Source: Thalia democratica (lineage: Eukaryota). From it: 64,000 nucleotides of DNA. Location of the stretch: contig OZ241827.1 in the NCBI GenBank assembly GCA_965202585.1, forward strand, positions 21,266,001 to 21,330,000, written 5' to 3'. The number at the start of each line of letters is the position of its first letter. Positions within the stretch are counted from its first letter, which is position 1. A model generated the notes under the pieces. It was not told where the DNA came from. It searched no databases and saw nothing but the letters and a program-made list of their open reading frames with translations. Positions 1 through 12,431 of this stretch are shown piece after piece. A program made the position numbers and the translations under genes.

Positions 1-3000
1 ACTTATAGATTTTTGTAATAATTTATTTAAGTTAATACCAATATACGTTACCATAGTCATAGAAAATTAAATCAATTCTTTTAAAATACTAAATATTTAA
101 CTTGAAAGTTTTACTGTGTAAGAAAAACACACAACTTATTTTGAATAACTTAGTTTGGTTATATGAGTGCTTACTAAGACTACGTTTGATTCTTAACTTA
201 ACACATGTTATTTTTCAATGCAAGGAAGTTTAAAAAAGCTTATCATATAATTGTTTTTTTTTTAACATTGGCTTTAAAAATACACCAGCTTGTCTAAAAT
301 TTCCAAATAACAATTCAAAAGGTGTAAGAGGTTCTACAAATCCAAACTAAAGGTTTTTATAAGAAGGTTATAACAATTAACCAACAAATGTCTTATGAAA
401 ATCGCCAAAGTTTACTCACTGGGTGTTCTAAGTAAAGTGCTTATTGTTTTAAATTGTACTGGTAAAATAAAAATCTATTAGTTTTTGAAAATCTCAACGT
501 TTCTTTATTTTTTATATAAGTTTTACTTATTTAGACAGAATGAATACCAATTCCAATTGTGTATAATGTTTAGTGTAAATAAAATAAAATTTGACTAAAA
601 TTTTAGAAGGTAATCTTGACAATTGTGATTTAAATTAAAAGTTCAAATACTACTATTACTACTACTACTACTTATTCAGTATAACTAAACAAAAGATAAA
701 AACTTTAACAAGAATTAATATAAGTTATAACCTTATTTTTTTTAAGAAAGGTTTATTAAATATTCGTTAAAAATAAGTGGTTTAAATTTTAAGTTATCTA
801 ATTAAATTATAACTTAACTAACTTTTGTTAATTTTGAACATGAAGTAAACTAATCTATTAAACTTGTTTAAAAAGTCAATCATTCATTTTTGAATTTTAT
901 TTTTATCAACTTTTATAGTTATGTTTTATTAACTTTTAGAGTAAATGTTTTTTACTCTAAAGTTGTATGAACAAAAATAGTGTCAATTTTAACAATAAAT
1001 TAAACGTTTAAACATTGAAAAATTATTTTGCATTATAATTTTTTTTTGTAAACCCTTTTATGTCATAAATGTTTTAACACTTACAGGTTCATATTGTTGA
1101 AACATAAAAATAAAATTATAATAAATTCACTAAAAAGTTCAACGGTATTTTTAGATAACTATAAACTGTCAGCAATAAGATTATATTTTTGAATACACAA
1201 GAAATGACGTGTTTTTAAAAATGTTTAAATTATGTATACCGTAACAACGTTATAATAATGAACCCTTTAATTATTTTGAAGCTGTTGAAAATTAAAATAC
1301 TTTTCTCTTGTTTAATTTAAAGTCTTTTATACGCTAAACCTTCGAAAGGATTTAAAACCGTTCATAAATTAGTTTAAAGTGTAAAAGCGGTGAAAACTAT
1401 ATGGTAATAAGATAAATTACTCAACTGTACTTGGTTTGTGTTCAGTTATTTTTTTTCAATAAAACTACGATTTATTGTAATTAAGACATATTTCTTAAAA
1501 TAGTATTAAATGCATATAGGCAAGGTTTTAAAAGATTAACGATTTTTTTTTAAATATATTTCTTCATAAAACAAAAATAAAACCTAATTAAGCTCTACAA
1601 CTCGGTGTTATAAAAGATAGTCACTTATAAATTAAAAAAATTATAATTTTTTTGTTTAAAAATAGTACAAACTTAAGTTTTTATTGTTTTTTCTAGTCGG
1701 TTCAAGATATAAAAAACTTTTAATTACCTTTAACGTGAAAACCACAGGACCTTTTAACAAATATCAAAAAGCCGCAAATATTTTATATACTAGTAGTTAA
1801 AACTGATGGTAATTAAAATCGTACAAAATAACTTTTGCATATCATGTTCATACGTGTTGGTAGTTTACGTTTATTAAACATTAGTGAAAAGTTTCTAAAA
1901 TTTATAGTTATAAATATAAACTATTTACAAAAATTATATTTTATATTTAGATTTCCAGTTATAGTATCTAAATAGCTATCTTAGGTATAATAAAAATAAA
2001 ATTTTATTCAAAACCAAAATAACTTAGCTACTAGTTTATTAAAACACTGCAAAATTCAAAATAAAAATAAAAAAGCGATTGTAACATAGCTACGTTTAAA
2101 TTATCAAAAAAGTGTTATTTAAAATTTAAGTTGTTCAACTAAAAATTTTATACTTTCAAAATTATTTGTATTTAGTTTAAGTGTCTTGACTTAACAAAAT
2201 TGATATTGAAACATAAATAAAATATTTTTACAAATTTGAAAACAAAAAAGACTGACAATAAACATTTAAAATTAGTGTCACACTTAAAAAACCTCTACAA
2301 AATATTATAAGGAATAATAAGATAAATATATTTTTTTATTAAGTTGAAATAGTTTGATCAAAGACTTTAATCAAAGTTTAAATAGATTGAGGCAAACTAT
2401 TTTATGATTACTTTATTCATAGTTATACTCTTTGTGCTTAAAATTTTTCTCAATTTAAATTAGATTTTGTAATGAAAAAAGTGATGTAAACTAAAAAAAA
2501 CTCAACTATGAAAATAGTTTGTTTTCTTGCAAAAATTATCAGGTAAACATTTGTCAAAAGTATATATTTACATTTAAAAAACATGTATTTTATTTACTTT
2601 TGCACAAAGTTATCTTTGCATAAAGTTGTTTTTGAAATACGTTAGTATGTTTTAGAACGATTTTAATGCATGCTTTTTATGGGATACTAAGAAAATTTCT
2701 TACTAGTTTTTTACTGTAAATGTACTATTAAAAAAGTGTTTGCAATTGAATACTAAAATTTTTGTGAACGTAGATTAAATAAGTCATTTTTCAACATTAG
2801 AGTACATATTTAAAAGTTCTTATTAACTTATCAAAATTTAAAGACCAACAAGTGCACAAAGTAGAAAAAAAAGTAATAACAACTTTTGTTCATATGGCAA
2901 AATTACACTTTGTAGATATACGCAAACGAAATTCACAGTTAAATAATTACTTCTTAAAATAAACTACATCAGTACTGACTGATCATAACTAATACTGATG

Positions 3001-3151
3001 TTTGTGAAGGTTTTTGTACTTTAGTTAAGTAAAAATTTAGGTTAACGCAAAGCTAAACTCAACTTTTGTATCTTTAATTAGATTAGATTTTTTATAGTTT
3101 AATTTAAATTATATATTAAATTTAAACGAAAACAAACGGCATACATATATA

Positions 3152-3267
3152 GTTTATTGAACGACAAAAAACGCTCAAAATATTTGGTCCTAGGAACTGG
3201 TGCACGAAAAAACCTTTTGGTTGTCGAGTCGCACACCACGGTTAACTTTCAATGTCTTGCCCAGGAC
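3152..3267 (-). repeat. Dispersed ~115-bp repeat, SINE-like (copy 1)
   Basis: Reverse complement of 9427-9546 and similar to 43343-43456. In minus orientation it begins ATGTCCTGGGCAAGACATTGAA, resembling the GTGTCCTTGGGCAAGACACT motif of deuterostome tRNA-derived SINEs. Confidence 0.7.
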
Positions 3268-6200
3268 ATACAAAAGTTTGTATGTACAATTTGAGGCAAA
3301 TAATTAAAAAAAAATATAAAGTATTTTATGATATTATTGTTGTTGAAGCAAAAAAGGACAATAAACACTAAAGATCAATTCGTTTTTTAGATTTAATTGT
3401 TGAATACGTTACTGTGAAAAAGTTATATAGTTAAATTATTTAAAGATACTTAACAGACACAGTTTTTGGTAATGATTATTTTAAAAAGTATTCACATTGG
3501 GTAAGAAATTCAAAATTACCTTTTTAGTAGAAACTATTTAGTGAACCTAAAATAAACTATCATAAAGTTTGCTAACAGAAACATATTCTAACTAAAATAG
3601 TTTATCATTTACCGATTTGCTTATTCAATTTTTATTTATCAGACAACGTTTTTAAAATAAATAAAAAACTACAGCAAATTTATCGAAATGTTATAGAAAC
3701 TGAATAAATTATTAGTAAAACAGTATTTATTTTATTGGTTAAATTGTTTAAATAAATAACTCAAAGTCATATTTTTGAAAAATAAACTTAATTCACAACA
3801 AGTTTATTAATTTATTCACAAAAAATAAACTGCCTTCGTTTTTAGATGCTAATCTTTTTAATATACCTTTTACGTATTTTCTGGTAAATCAAAAAGTTTT
3901 TTTTTTAATTTTGACATTAAAAACAGCTGTCATATTTTATTTTAAGCTAAATAGTTTTTAATGTCTATGGTAATTTTGTTACCTTTTCTCTTTTACAAAT
4001 TCATGACTTGCTCTAATCCTTAATACCTTTTTAAGATAATCAGATTATAAGTCTGTTTGTAAAATAAGTTGCTTCATATCTACGTAAATAGAAATGAAAA
4101 CGCAATAGTTTTCAACGTCAATGTTATGATAGTATTAAAAACCATGTAGTTCTATTTTTTGTTATCAAATTAAATTACGTATTTATTTATAACTTGTGTC
4201 TAACATGATGATTTTTGTAGTCAGATCTAAGCGTCGCGTCATGTTTTATTTTACACATATGCTGTTTTGTAAAAGATTAAAATGAATACTATACTATACT
4301 ATTTTAAGTATAATGTTAACATCATAAATATTTTGAGATTAAAAGAAATTATATTCAAAAATAATAAGCTTATAACTTTTAGAAAACTAATATAATGTTA
4401 TCTACATTTCCTAATAGATATCTTTTGATAAACAGTTTTTCATTTTCAAATCTACACTATAAACTCACAAAAGCCTAGTTTTTAAGGTTTTAAGGCATAA
4501 TTATATAGGATGCTTGGTATTTTGAAACAAATCAAATTAATTTATATCATGTTTTAATCAATGTAGGTGGTCAATTGTTATTTAACTTAAGAAATATCTT
4601 GAGGTGACATTTAAACAGTTTGGTTAAAATCATATCATGTTTCAGTCAGAATGAAGTAATAATTACAATTTATTTGAACTGTAATGGTTGTAATTAACGT
4701 AGCAAATATTTTACACGTACACTTTACTTCTTAAAAAAATATTTCATAAACTTTTATTTTGCAAATGAACTAAAAGACTGTTTCATTATCAAACTCATTA
4801 TTTTATACCTTAAACATATTAAGCTAAACAAAAATAGATAAGATAAAAAGTAAAATGTTTTGAAATTTTTTTATAATTGTTTTAACGTGTTTAATTATCT
4901 AGGTATGGTTTCAACTTTTCTAAATAAACATTAAAAGATCAAATATTTTTTTTTCTTAACAGCTCAACAACAGTTTAGTTTTTCTACACAATAATAAAGT
5001 GTTACATAACCTAGCTAAGGCATTATTAGGTTCAGTATTGTTGTCAAAATACCTTTTTGTTTAATGACTAAAATAAACAAAACTACCTAATTTTTTCACA
5101 AACTTAAATTATCTCATAAACATATTAGCCTAGTTGCAATAAAATGTTGTTTACTGACGTTGTTTACGAAAGATAAAACTGCTTGTTTTTTTTGCATGAC
5201 CAACAAAAAGTAAACACCTTCAATGTGATATGCTTGCGTTCTATTTGTTCAACGTTAACTTGAAAACATTCGCCTTGCAGCAAATCGGAAGCGGGTTTTA
5301 TTTCCATTCAAGTGTAAGTTCTTTGTAGTGCGCGGGTGATAAAGTGCCTTTCTATTGATAGCCCTCGATAGCGCGTAGTTTGTCATGTGCGAGCTGTGTT
5401 TAGTCGAAAACAACAATTTGAAGTTTTAATAAATTTAATAACCTAGTCATTAAAATACTCTAGCTATATTAAACTATACTAGTAGTTAATAATAGTTTTA
5501 ACTGTACTTAACATTCCAGTATTTGAATTTAATACATACAACATAATATGAGTATTGATATTTAATTACATTTAAAACACTACTAAAGAATACTAAACAA
5601 TCTGGTATTTGGATTTAAGTATTAAGTTACATGTGAAAAACTATCATAATAATAATAATAATAAAAGATTTTAATAAAATCTTATATGCGTATATTTAAA
5701 AATTAAAAACAAAACACTAAAGTTTATTCAAAACTAATGTTTTATTAACAAATTATAAAACAGAACATTTAAGTAAAAGTAAAACAAAACACAAGAAAAA
5801 AATATCATTTTTTGTTAAACAAAGAGTTTATTAATATTAAGTATTTTATTTTGTTTATTTTGATAAAATAAATGTTTATCCAAAAGAGTTAATGTCATCA
5901 CTCAAGCTTTTTTTATTATGTTTAAAAACTGTTTGCTTTGACTTTGATTTTGAAACTTTATTTATTAGGTTTTTTTCGATTATTAATCAAACTTTTAATT
6001 AAATACTTCGTAAAACGAAAACAACAGCCTTATGACTAAATAAATAGTTCTTCCAGTTGTTATTAACTGAGACTTTAATTGAAATTACCACAGTTTCCTT
6101 ATAACTAAATACTAAGTTATGTTAGTTTTTTTTTTCATATTAGGAATTTTTCAATTAGTAAGAAACAAATTACGATTTTAATTAAATCCATAAACCACGT

Positions 6201-9200
6201 AATTAATAATCCTTTAAAATTTTTAAATTTTGCTCAGTTTTTCGCTAATAAAATCGATAACAACAGCGTTTTAACAAGTTTACATTTGTTTGTGGTTTTT
6301 AAATTGTGCTCGATTGTAACACTTTTACTCCATAGTTGAAATAGCTACTCCCTGGTTGTATTTTTTATATGTTAGGTGTGCTATAAAAAACATGACGTCT
6401 TCAAAGATCATCATTCAAAGACTATTCTTTTAAAATTATGTTTTAATCAAAAAGTTAAAGAACAAACACCCCTAGTATTTCATAATGAAAAATAAGAATT
6501 ACATAGTTTTTGTATGGTATTTAATAAACATTTACCTATAGTCCTGAGAAGAATTCATATTTACTTAGAGATGAATAATTTATAAATGAACTTTGTTTTG
6601 TAAATAAGTTTATATTTAAATGTTGCCAAAGACTTCTGTTTATTACTGAGGTTAATTGAAGTTGTAAAAGTAAGAAGGAATAACTTTCGAAAAAAAAATT
6701 AAGACCTCAATGGACTTCAAAAAGTAGAAATTTAATAAGCACTAAGCTAAGAATTTATTAACGTAGCAAATAAACATATTTAACCAGGCAAACATTTTTA
6801 GGATTTAAAAATATTTTCGTTCTGTACATATAGGAAGTAATTTCTGCATACTTTTGAAATTACACCGCGATAATTATTAGCAAAAGCCTAATTATAAATT
6901 TTAGCGCTTTGTAAAACTCTTTATTCGAGTAATTGCCGTTTTTGAGGGTCAATTTGTAAATAATTTAACACCTGTTCCAAAGACAATGAGCACTGTAATT
7001 CAAGGGGATTATTTCGCTTATTATATACCTGCTTCCCCTCACTTTGCAGATTAAGATCAGCCGACCGAAATTGTGTTTTATGCAGCATTAAAAACGACTT
7101 TATAGCGCCGAAAAATGCCTCGACTTATTTTTTTGCGCTTAAATTGTTCTAAAGTGCACTTGTGCCTACGCAAGAAGCAAATTAGAAACGCTTTTCGAAA
7201 TGCAAATCAAATTAAGGCCTTTTAAAACGTGAAAAAGTGTTTAAAAAAGTAGGAAAAGGTGGGCGAGCGTTGCCAAAGAGTTGCAAGGTCAACACGTTTT
7301 TCGCAGAAACTTTTAGCAATAAGAAAGCGACGCGTTTTGGCAAAAAGTTATATTTAATTAACCAAAAAAACATTTGTATTGGTAAGCACTTCACACTGAA
7401 TATTCTACTTTGAAAAATGAAGCAGTTTTCAGTAAAGATTTTTGTACGCGGAAATTCAAACGGTATTATCATTAAATGCCGGTAAAAGTTTTACAATTGT
7501 ACATGAAAAGTTTGCTGCAAAAAAGCATTCAATAAATAAGCAGAGACGTCTAAAGGAATGTCGGTACAAAAGCATTAAAGCCATTTGTTTGCACAAGCTA
7601 ATCTGTGATTCGATTAGAACTTTTTTATCTTTACTATCGACGCCACAAAGTCATAAAAATTCTCTCGGCTCGTAAAAGCCTTGTCTTAATTGCGACGTCA
7701 GGTAACTTCTTTACATTGCAAAGTATTTGTCACCTTACACCCGAGGTATGCTGGAATTGGAGATAACGAGGCTGCAGCGAAAAGTTTCATTTTTGAAGAA
7801 AACTTTAAAGTTTTTGTGATAGTATAAGACTGCGCTATCATGAAAGGATTTAGGGTTTAAAATAAACGAATAGACTTTATGGAATATTGTGGAGTCGGAA
7901 AAATCTAAGAACTTTGATTTTTTTTTTTACAAAAACTATTCGTTGTTTTGTAACTAGTTGAAAATACTTTTGATTGAAACATACAATTAGTAAAAGATAT
8001 ATATTTAAAATGTTTTTATCAAATTTTAAACTTAAAATTGTTATGTTGTATTTTTAATATGAACAGTTTGGATATATATGATTGAATAATAAAATAAGAA
8101 AAAACTCTACCTAACAGGTATGAAAAATATAAATCAATTATAAAACTAAGTAGGAGAAATCTGTTTGTATGTACAAAATACCCATGCTAAGTACAATAAA
8201 AAATTTTTATAAAATAACTACTTTAGTAAGATGTTTCCATATATTAACATAAAAATTGTGTAAAAAAAAATTATAACTGTTTTTTTAACTAAGTTTATGT
8301 ATTAGATTTACAAAATAAAAACATATGTTTATTCTTATTGAAAGTTAAAATCATTTATCTAATTCTACAATGATATAGAAATAATACATATATTTTGGTT
8401 AAAACTTCAGTTGTTTATTCACAAGTAGAAACTATTAATTCATAACTAGTTTTATGTTTGTAAAGTTTAAACAAAATTTAGTGTTCAACGTTAGTATAAA
8501 CAAGTATAATAGTTACTTTTAAATGATATAAAAAATTAAAAAATGTTATATATTTTTTGTTTATTTCGTGTCTGTCACCGAAAATTGATAAATCTGAAAC
8601 AGAAAAACTACTAGTTGTTCTAGAGCTTAGCTTTATATACACATCAAATATACAAAATGAACTTTTGCTACTCATTGTTCAGTTTTACTTACAAAATACT
8701 TATATAAAAATATATAAATAAAACAAATATAAGTAAAGATGTTATTAAACAATGAGATGATAAAACACTGTACTGGATAATTATTAAAATGTACTTATTT
8801 GGTAATTTTTTGAAGCAAACAATGTAAGGATTAAAAACATTTAACTTGCTATTTATATTTTAAATTATTGGAATACAACTATTGAACTTGTTCATTTTAA
8901 AGTTTCAATATTAGTTTTTTATTGTGACTTTATCTCTAATTATTTTTATAAAACATTTCAGTTTTAAATTTCTCAGCAAAAAAAAAGTTACCAAACTCTA
9001 GAGTAACACCATCGTTTTTATGTTTTAACCTAAGATCAAGTGAATAGAATCTAAAATACAATTTATTATTTTTTTCGGTGGAAAAAATAATGAAGCAGAT
9101 ACTGAAATTAAATAAAATCATTGACATGTATATTAAAATATATTTTGCTTGTTATTAAAAACATAACAATGTCAGCTAAAACGTTTTATACTTATCCAAG

Positions 9201-9426
9201 TTAAGCCTTCTGAAATTATTCCAGTTGCATGATGTTAAAATCTAAAAAGCGCGCATAGATCAACTTGTAGAAATTTCTTTAATTTTTTTGTTAAATGCTT
9301 AAATAAATAAAAAACTAACAAAGTTACATTTTATGTTTGTTAGTCCTATGATTTTTAAACCTCAAAAAATATTAAATTACTAGCAAAGTGCTAAACTTCC
9401 TTTTAGGTTTCAAACTAAAAAACAAA

Positions 9427-9546
9427 GTCCTGGACTAGACGTTAAAAGGTATCCGTGGTGTGCGACTCGATAACCGAATGGTTTTTTCGTGCACAAGTTC
9501 CTAGGAATGAACATTTTGAGCGTTTTTATTTTGTCGCTTAATAACC
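9427..9546 (+). repeat. Dispersed ~115-bp repeat, SINE-like (copy 2)
   Basis: Shares CCGTGGTGTGCGACTCGA, GGTTTTTTCGTGCAC, GTTCCTAGGA and TTTTGAGCGTTTTT with copy 1 in inverted orientation. A-box-like TAGCAAAGTGC (9381-9391) and B-box-like GGTTTCAAAC (9406-9415) lie just upstream. Confidence 0.7.
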
Positions 9547-11542
9547 AATTATTAAAAGTTATAAAGCTTGACTCTTATAAAATATAAGTTTTGGTTCTAA
9601 ACTAGTGAAAACTTAATAGTTTCTAAAAAAGTTTCTCGTTACAAACTCAATATCACTGCATTTATTTATATTAAATCTATCTTAATTATGAATTTTCACA
9701 ATGGGAAATATTGCCTCTTCGGGATTGTTTTAGCTATAAAAGGGCAACAACCAGTAAGGCAAATAAAAAGTAAATAAAAAAGTAGTTTATTAGCTTAAGG
9801 ACGATTTGTTCTTTATATACTGAATTAAACAATAACTTAATTAACTTTTTTAGTTCAATCTACTATTTTTGGCGGTTTTTTGTTAAAAGATATTTTATAT
9901 CTGTTTTACTAGACTGCTTTGCAAATAAACCGTGAACTTTGTTATTATTTTGTTAAAACATTTAATATAGTTTCATATAGTTAAAAGTTTTATATTTTTA
10001 GTCTTTAATGCAACAGTACTATGTTTAAAAACAATGTATATGTTTTTTTTTAATGAATTTTATAAACTGCTGGCTCGTTCTAGAAATTCTGTAAAAGATG
10101 GTAAAAATAACAAAAACAAAACAATTAATAAATTTTTCGTGTTCAAAGTCAAACATGTACAAAAAAGTTGAATTGAGCATTGATAATAACTACTTATTGT
10201 TACTTTAAAAAACATTTTTTTCATATGAAGTGCTAAATGTAAAACTATTTCTACATAAATTTAGGCTACGCGAACATGAAAAACACACTTCAAAAAGCTC
10301 TGCAGGCAGTGAACTTGCTGAAATCATTGATTAAAAAGTTGGCGTTTACCTATTGACTAACATATCGCGCAAGTGCTATCAATAACTATTACTAATCGGT
10401 GTTCTGTTAACTTCAGTTTTGCTACTTGGTGTGAGTTTTGCTGCTGTGCGTTTTGCATGCTTTTTATGAAGATATACCGTTCTTGTTGAGTTGTTTTAGT
10501 TAAATAACCAGGACAAGCATGGCAATAAACATCAAACTTACTTAGACACAACTTTTAAATACTTAAAACTTTATAACTTTAGTTTTTCACTCGTGAATAT
10601 TTCACAACTGTACATACTTACATTTCGGAAACTAAATTACATTTTACTTTTATTTCGTATTTTTGACAAATTAAAACAACGATCAAAAGATACATTAAAA
10701 ACCATACTTAGTTTATTAAGGTCATTCTTATTTATACCTTAATAAAATTTTAATAAAAAAAAATAAAAAAAATCGATAAAGTCGAATATGTCAGCAGCTG
10801 TCAGACTAAACTTTAATATAGGTTTTTAGTCAAACCACTTATCATTAATTTCCAAGTAAAAATGTTTGACAGATAAGTATTGTTTGTATATCGAACAACG
10901 AAAACAGTATAAGTTCATGTTAAGTTTACTTTCTTTGTACAGATGCTTTAATTGAGTTTTATTAAAATAACGTAACTTATTATATGCTCTTTGTGACAAG
11001 TAACTGTTATTTTTCTGATCAATCTTATTCAAGCTTACTCTATATACCTTCTATTTTACTGCATTTTTACTGGAATGTATTATGTAATACTACTATTTAA
11101 TATTAAAATCTAGAAAATAGAAAGCTTCATTAAGTAATTGAAATAAAAACAATTTTGTAAATTTTGTAATTTTTATTTATTTGATTACGACATTACACAA
11201 ATGAGCACAAAAACTATGAAACAGCATGATAAAAACATCTAACAAAAATAAACTTAAAGCACAAACTTTCTAAATTTTTAAACGGTACCAAAACGCACCA
11301 ACATATTAATTAAAAATAAATAAATTAAATACAAACTACTCTACACACTTTAATTGTTCGAAATTAAATCCTGACAATTATATATTTTTAACTAAATAAA
11401 ACAGTTGTTTTAACTTTTTCGTGTGAAAATCAAGCTAGTAGTGGATTTTATCTCAGTCCCATTTTAAGATTAAGTTGGCAGAAATGGGCGATTTGCAACA
11501 AACTGGGAGGGAGTCTCTGAGATCGTAAAAAAATCGCACTAA

Positions 11543-11631
11543 TTATGACGTCATAAAAAACAGTGAGTCACGCAGCGCAACAGCCAGTAAAAAGTAAAAA
11601 GCTAACGATATAAACTTGAAAGAGCGGAAGT
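11543..11631. promoter_or_regulatory. CRE + AP-1 + ETS motif cluster
   Basis: Perfect 14-bp palindrome TTATGACGTCATAA (11543-11556), GTGAGTCAC (11563-11571) and CGGAAGT (11625-11631) within a GC-richer island. Motif match only. Confidence 0.4.
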
Positions 11632-12241
11632 AAAAACAACAACGACGAAGATAAGAGCTCAGAAAAAGTCGAAAATTTGAAAAAAGCTGTTAAAATAAAA
11701 AAGTGTAAACAAACATAAGCACGGCCGAAAAGAGTGAATAACATCAAATGAAAGATTGTATACTCAGGTTTGTATACATATATACACATAGTTATTTACG
11801 ACAATTGTGTTAAAAAAGAAAACCGATAAAAATAAAGTTTAGCCATTCGTTTAAGACTTATCGAGAAAAACTGTTGTTATTAGCCGCACGTCAGAAACCG
11901 TAGTTACGTCACAATAACAACAAGAAAGTGTAGCACAATAAGAAAAGTTGTTAAAAACAAAACAAAAGACCCACTCAAGTAGGTTTCAAGAGAAAAACCG
12001 AAAGTGTTCAGAGGTGATGCAAACGAACGTCTAAAAGTTTGTATAATTGGGCAGTGAAATGGCTTTTTTGTTTTCTTGTAAGCTTGTGATGTAATAATCG
12101 ACTTTTCGTGTGAGCGTTTTCACCGGTTTACAAAGCCTTAGTTTTCACAAAAAAAAAATCAAATTAACAGTAAACGTATAGTAATGCTGGTATATCCTAT
12201 CTTGCTTGTGCTTTTAAAACTGTACATTTTCAGCCCCTTCT

Positions 12242-12247
12242 TTTATT
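12242..12247 (-). other. Possible polyadenylation signal AATAAA
   Basis: First AATAAA on the minus strand, about 50 nt after the stop codon. The hexamer is common in this AT-rich DNA. Confidence 0.25.
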
Positions 12248-12297
12248 TTCCATCTTTTCTTCAAATTTTGAGGTAACATTGCTTAATAAACTTGGTA

Positions 12298-12431
12298 TTA
12301 TCTATAACTGATGGTTTTTGTTTGAGATTCATTACAGGTCTTGCAGCAGTTTTTGCCGAAATAACGGTGTCCACACTGGTTGTTCTTCGGCACGAGGTAG
12401 CACCATTTAAAATTGTCCACGCAAGTGTTAT
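12298..12431 (-). CDS. ADAMTS16/18: ADAMTS last coding exon: PLAC domain ([43 protein letters not shown])
   Basis: ttgcag|AT acceptor (phase 1 matches the previous exon); six-cysteine PLAC pattern; TAA at 12300-12298. Confidence 0.95.

Noticed and set aside
648-672. (TAC)n and other short microsatellites (also (AAT)n near 5648)
   Set aside because: Short, ordinary simple repeats expected in AT-rich DNA.
3152-9546. A single 6.4-kb DNA transposon with ~115-bp TIRs
   Set aside because: A third lone copy exists at 43343, the outer ends lack a TSD, and the interior has no transposase ORF. Independent interspersed repeats explain it better.
10386-10469. Hydrophobic reading frame LLLIGVLLTSVLLLGVSFAAVRFACFL on the plus strand (TM-like)
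   Set aside because: A stop codon lies immediately upstream, there is no Met, and no partner exons were found. T-rich DNA readily gives such peptides.
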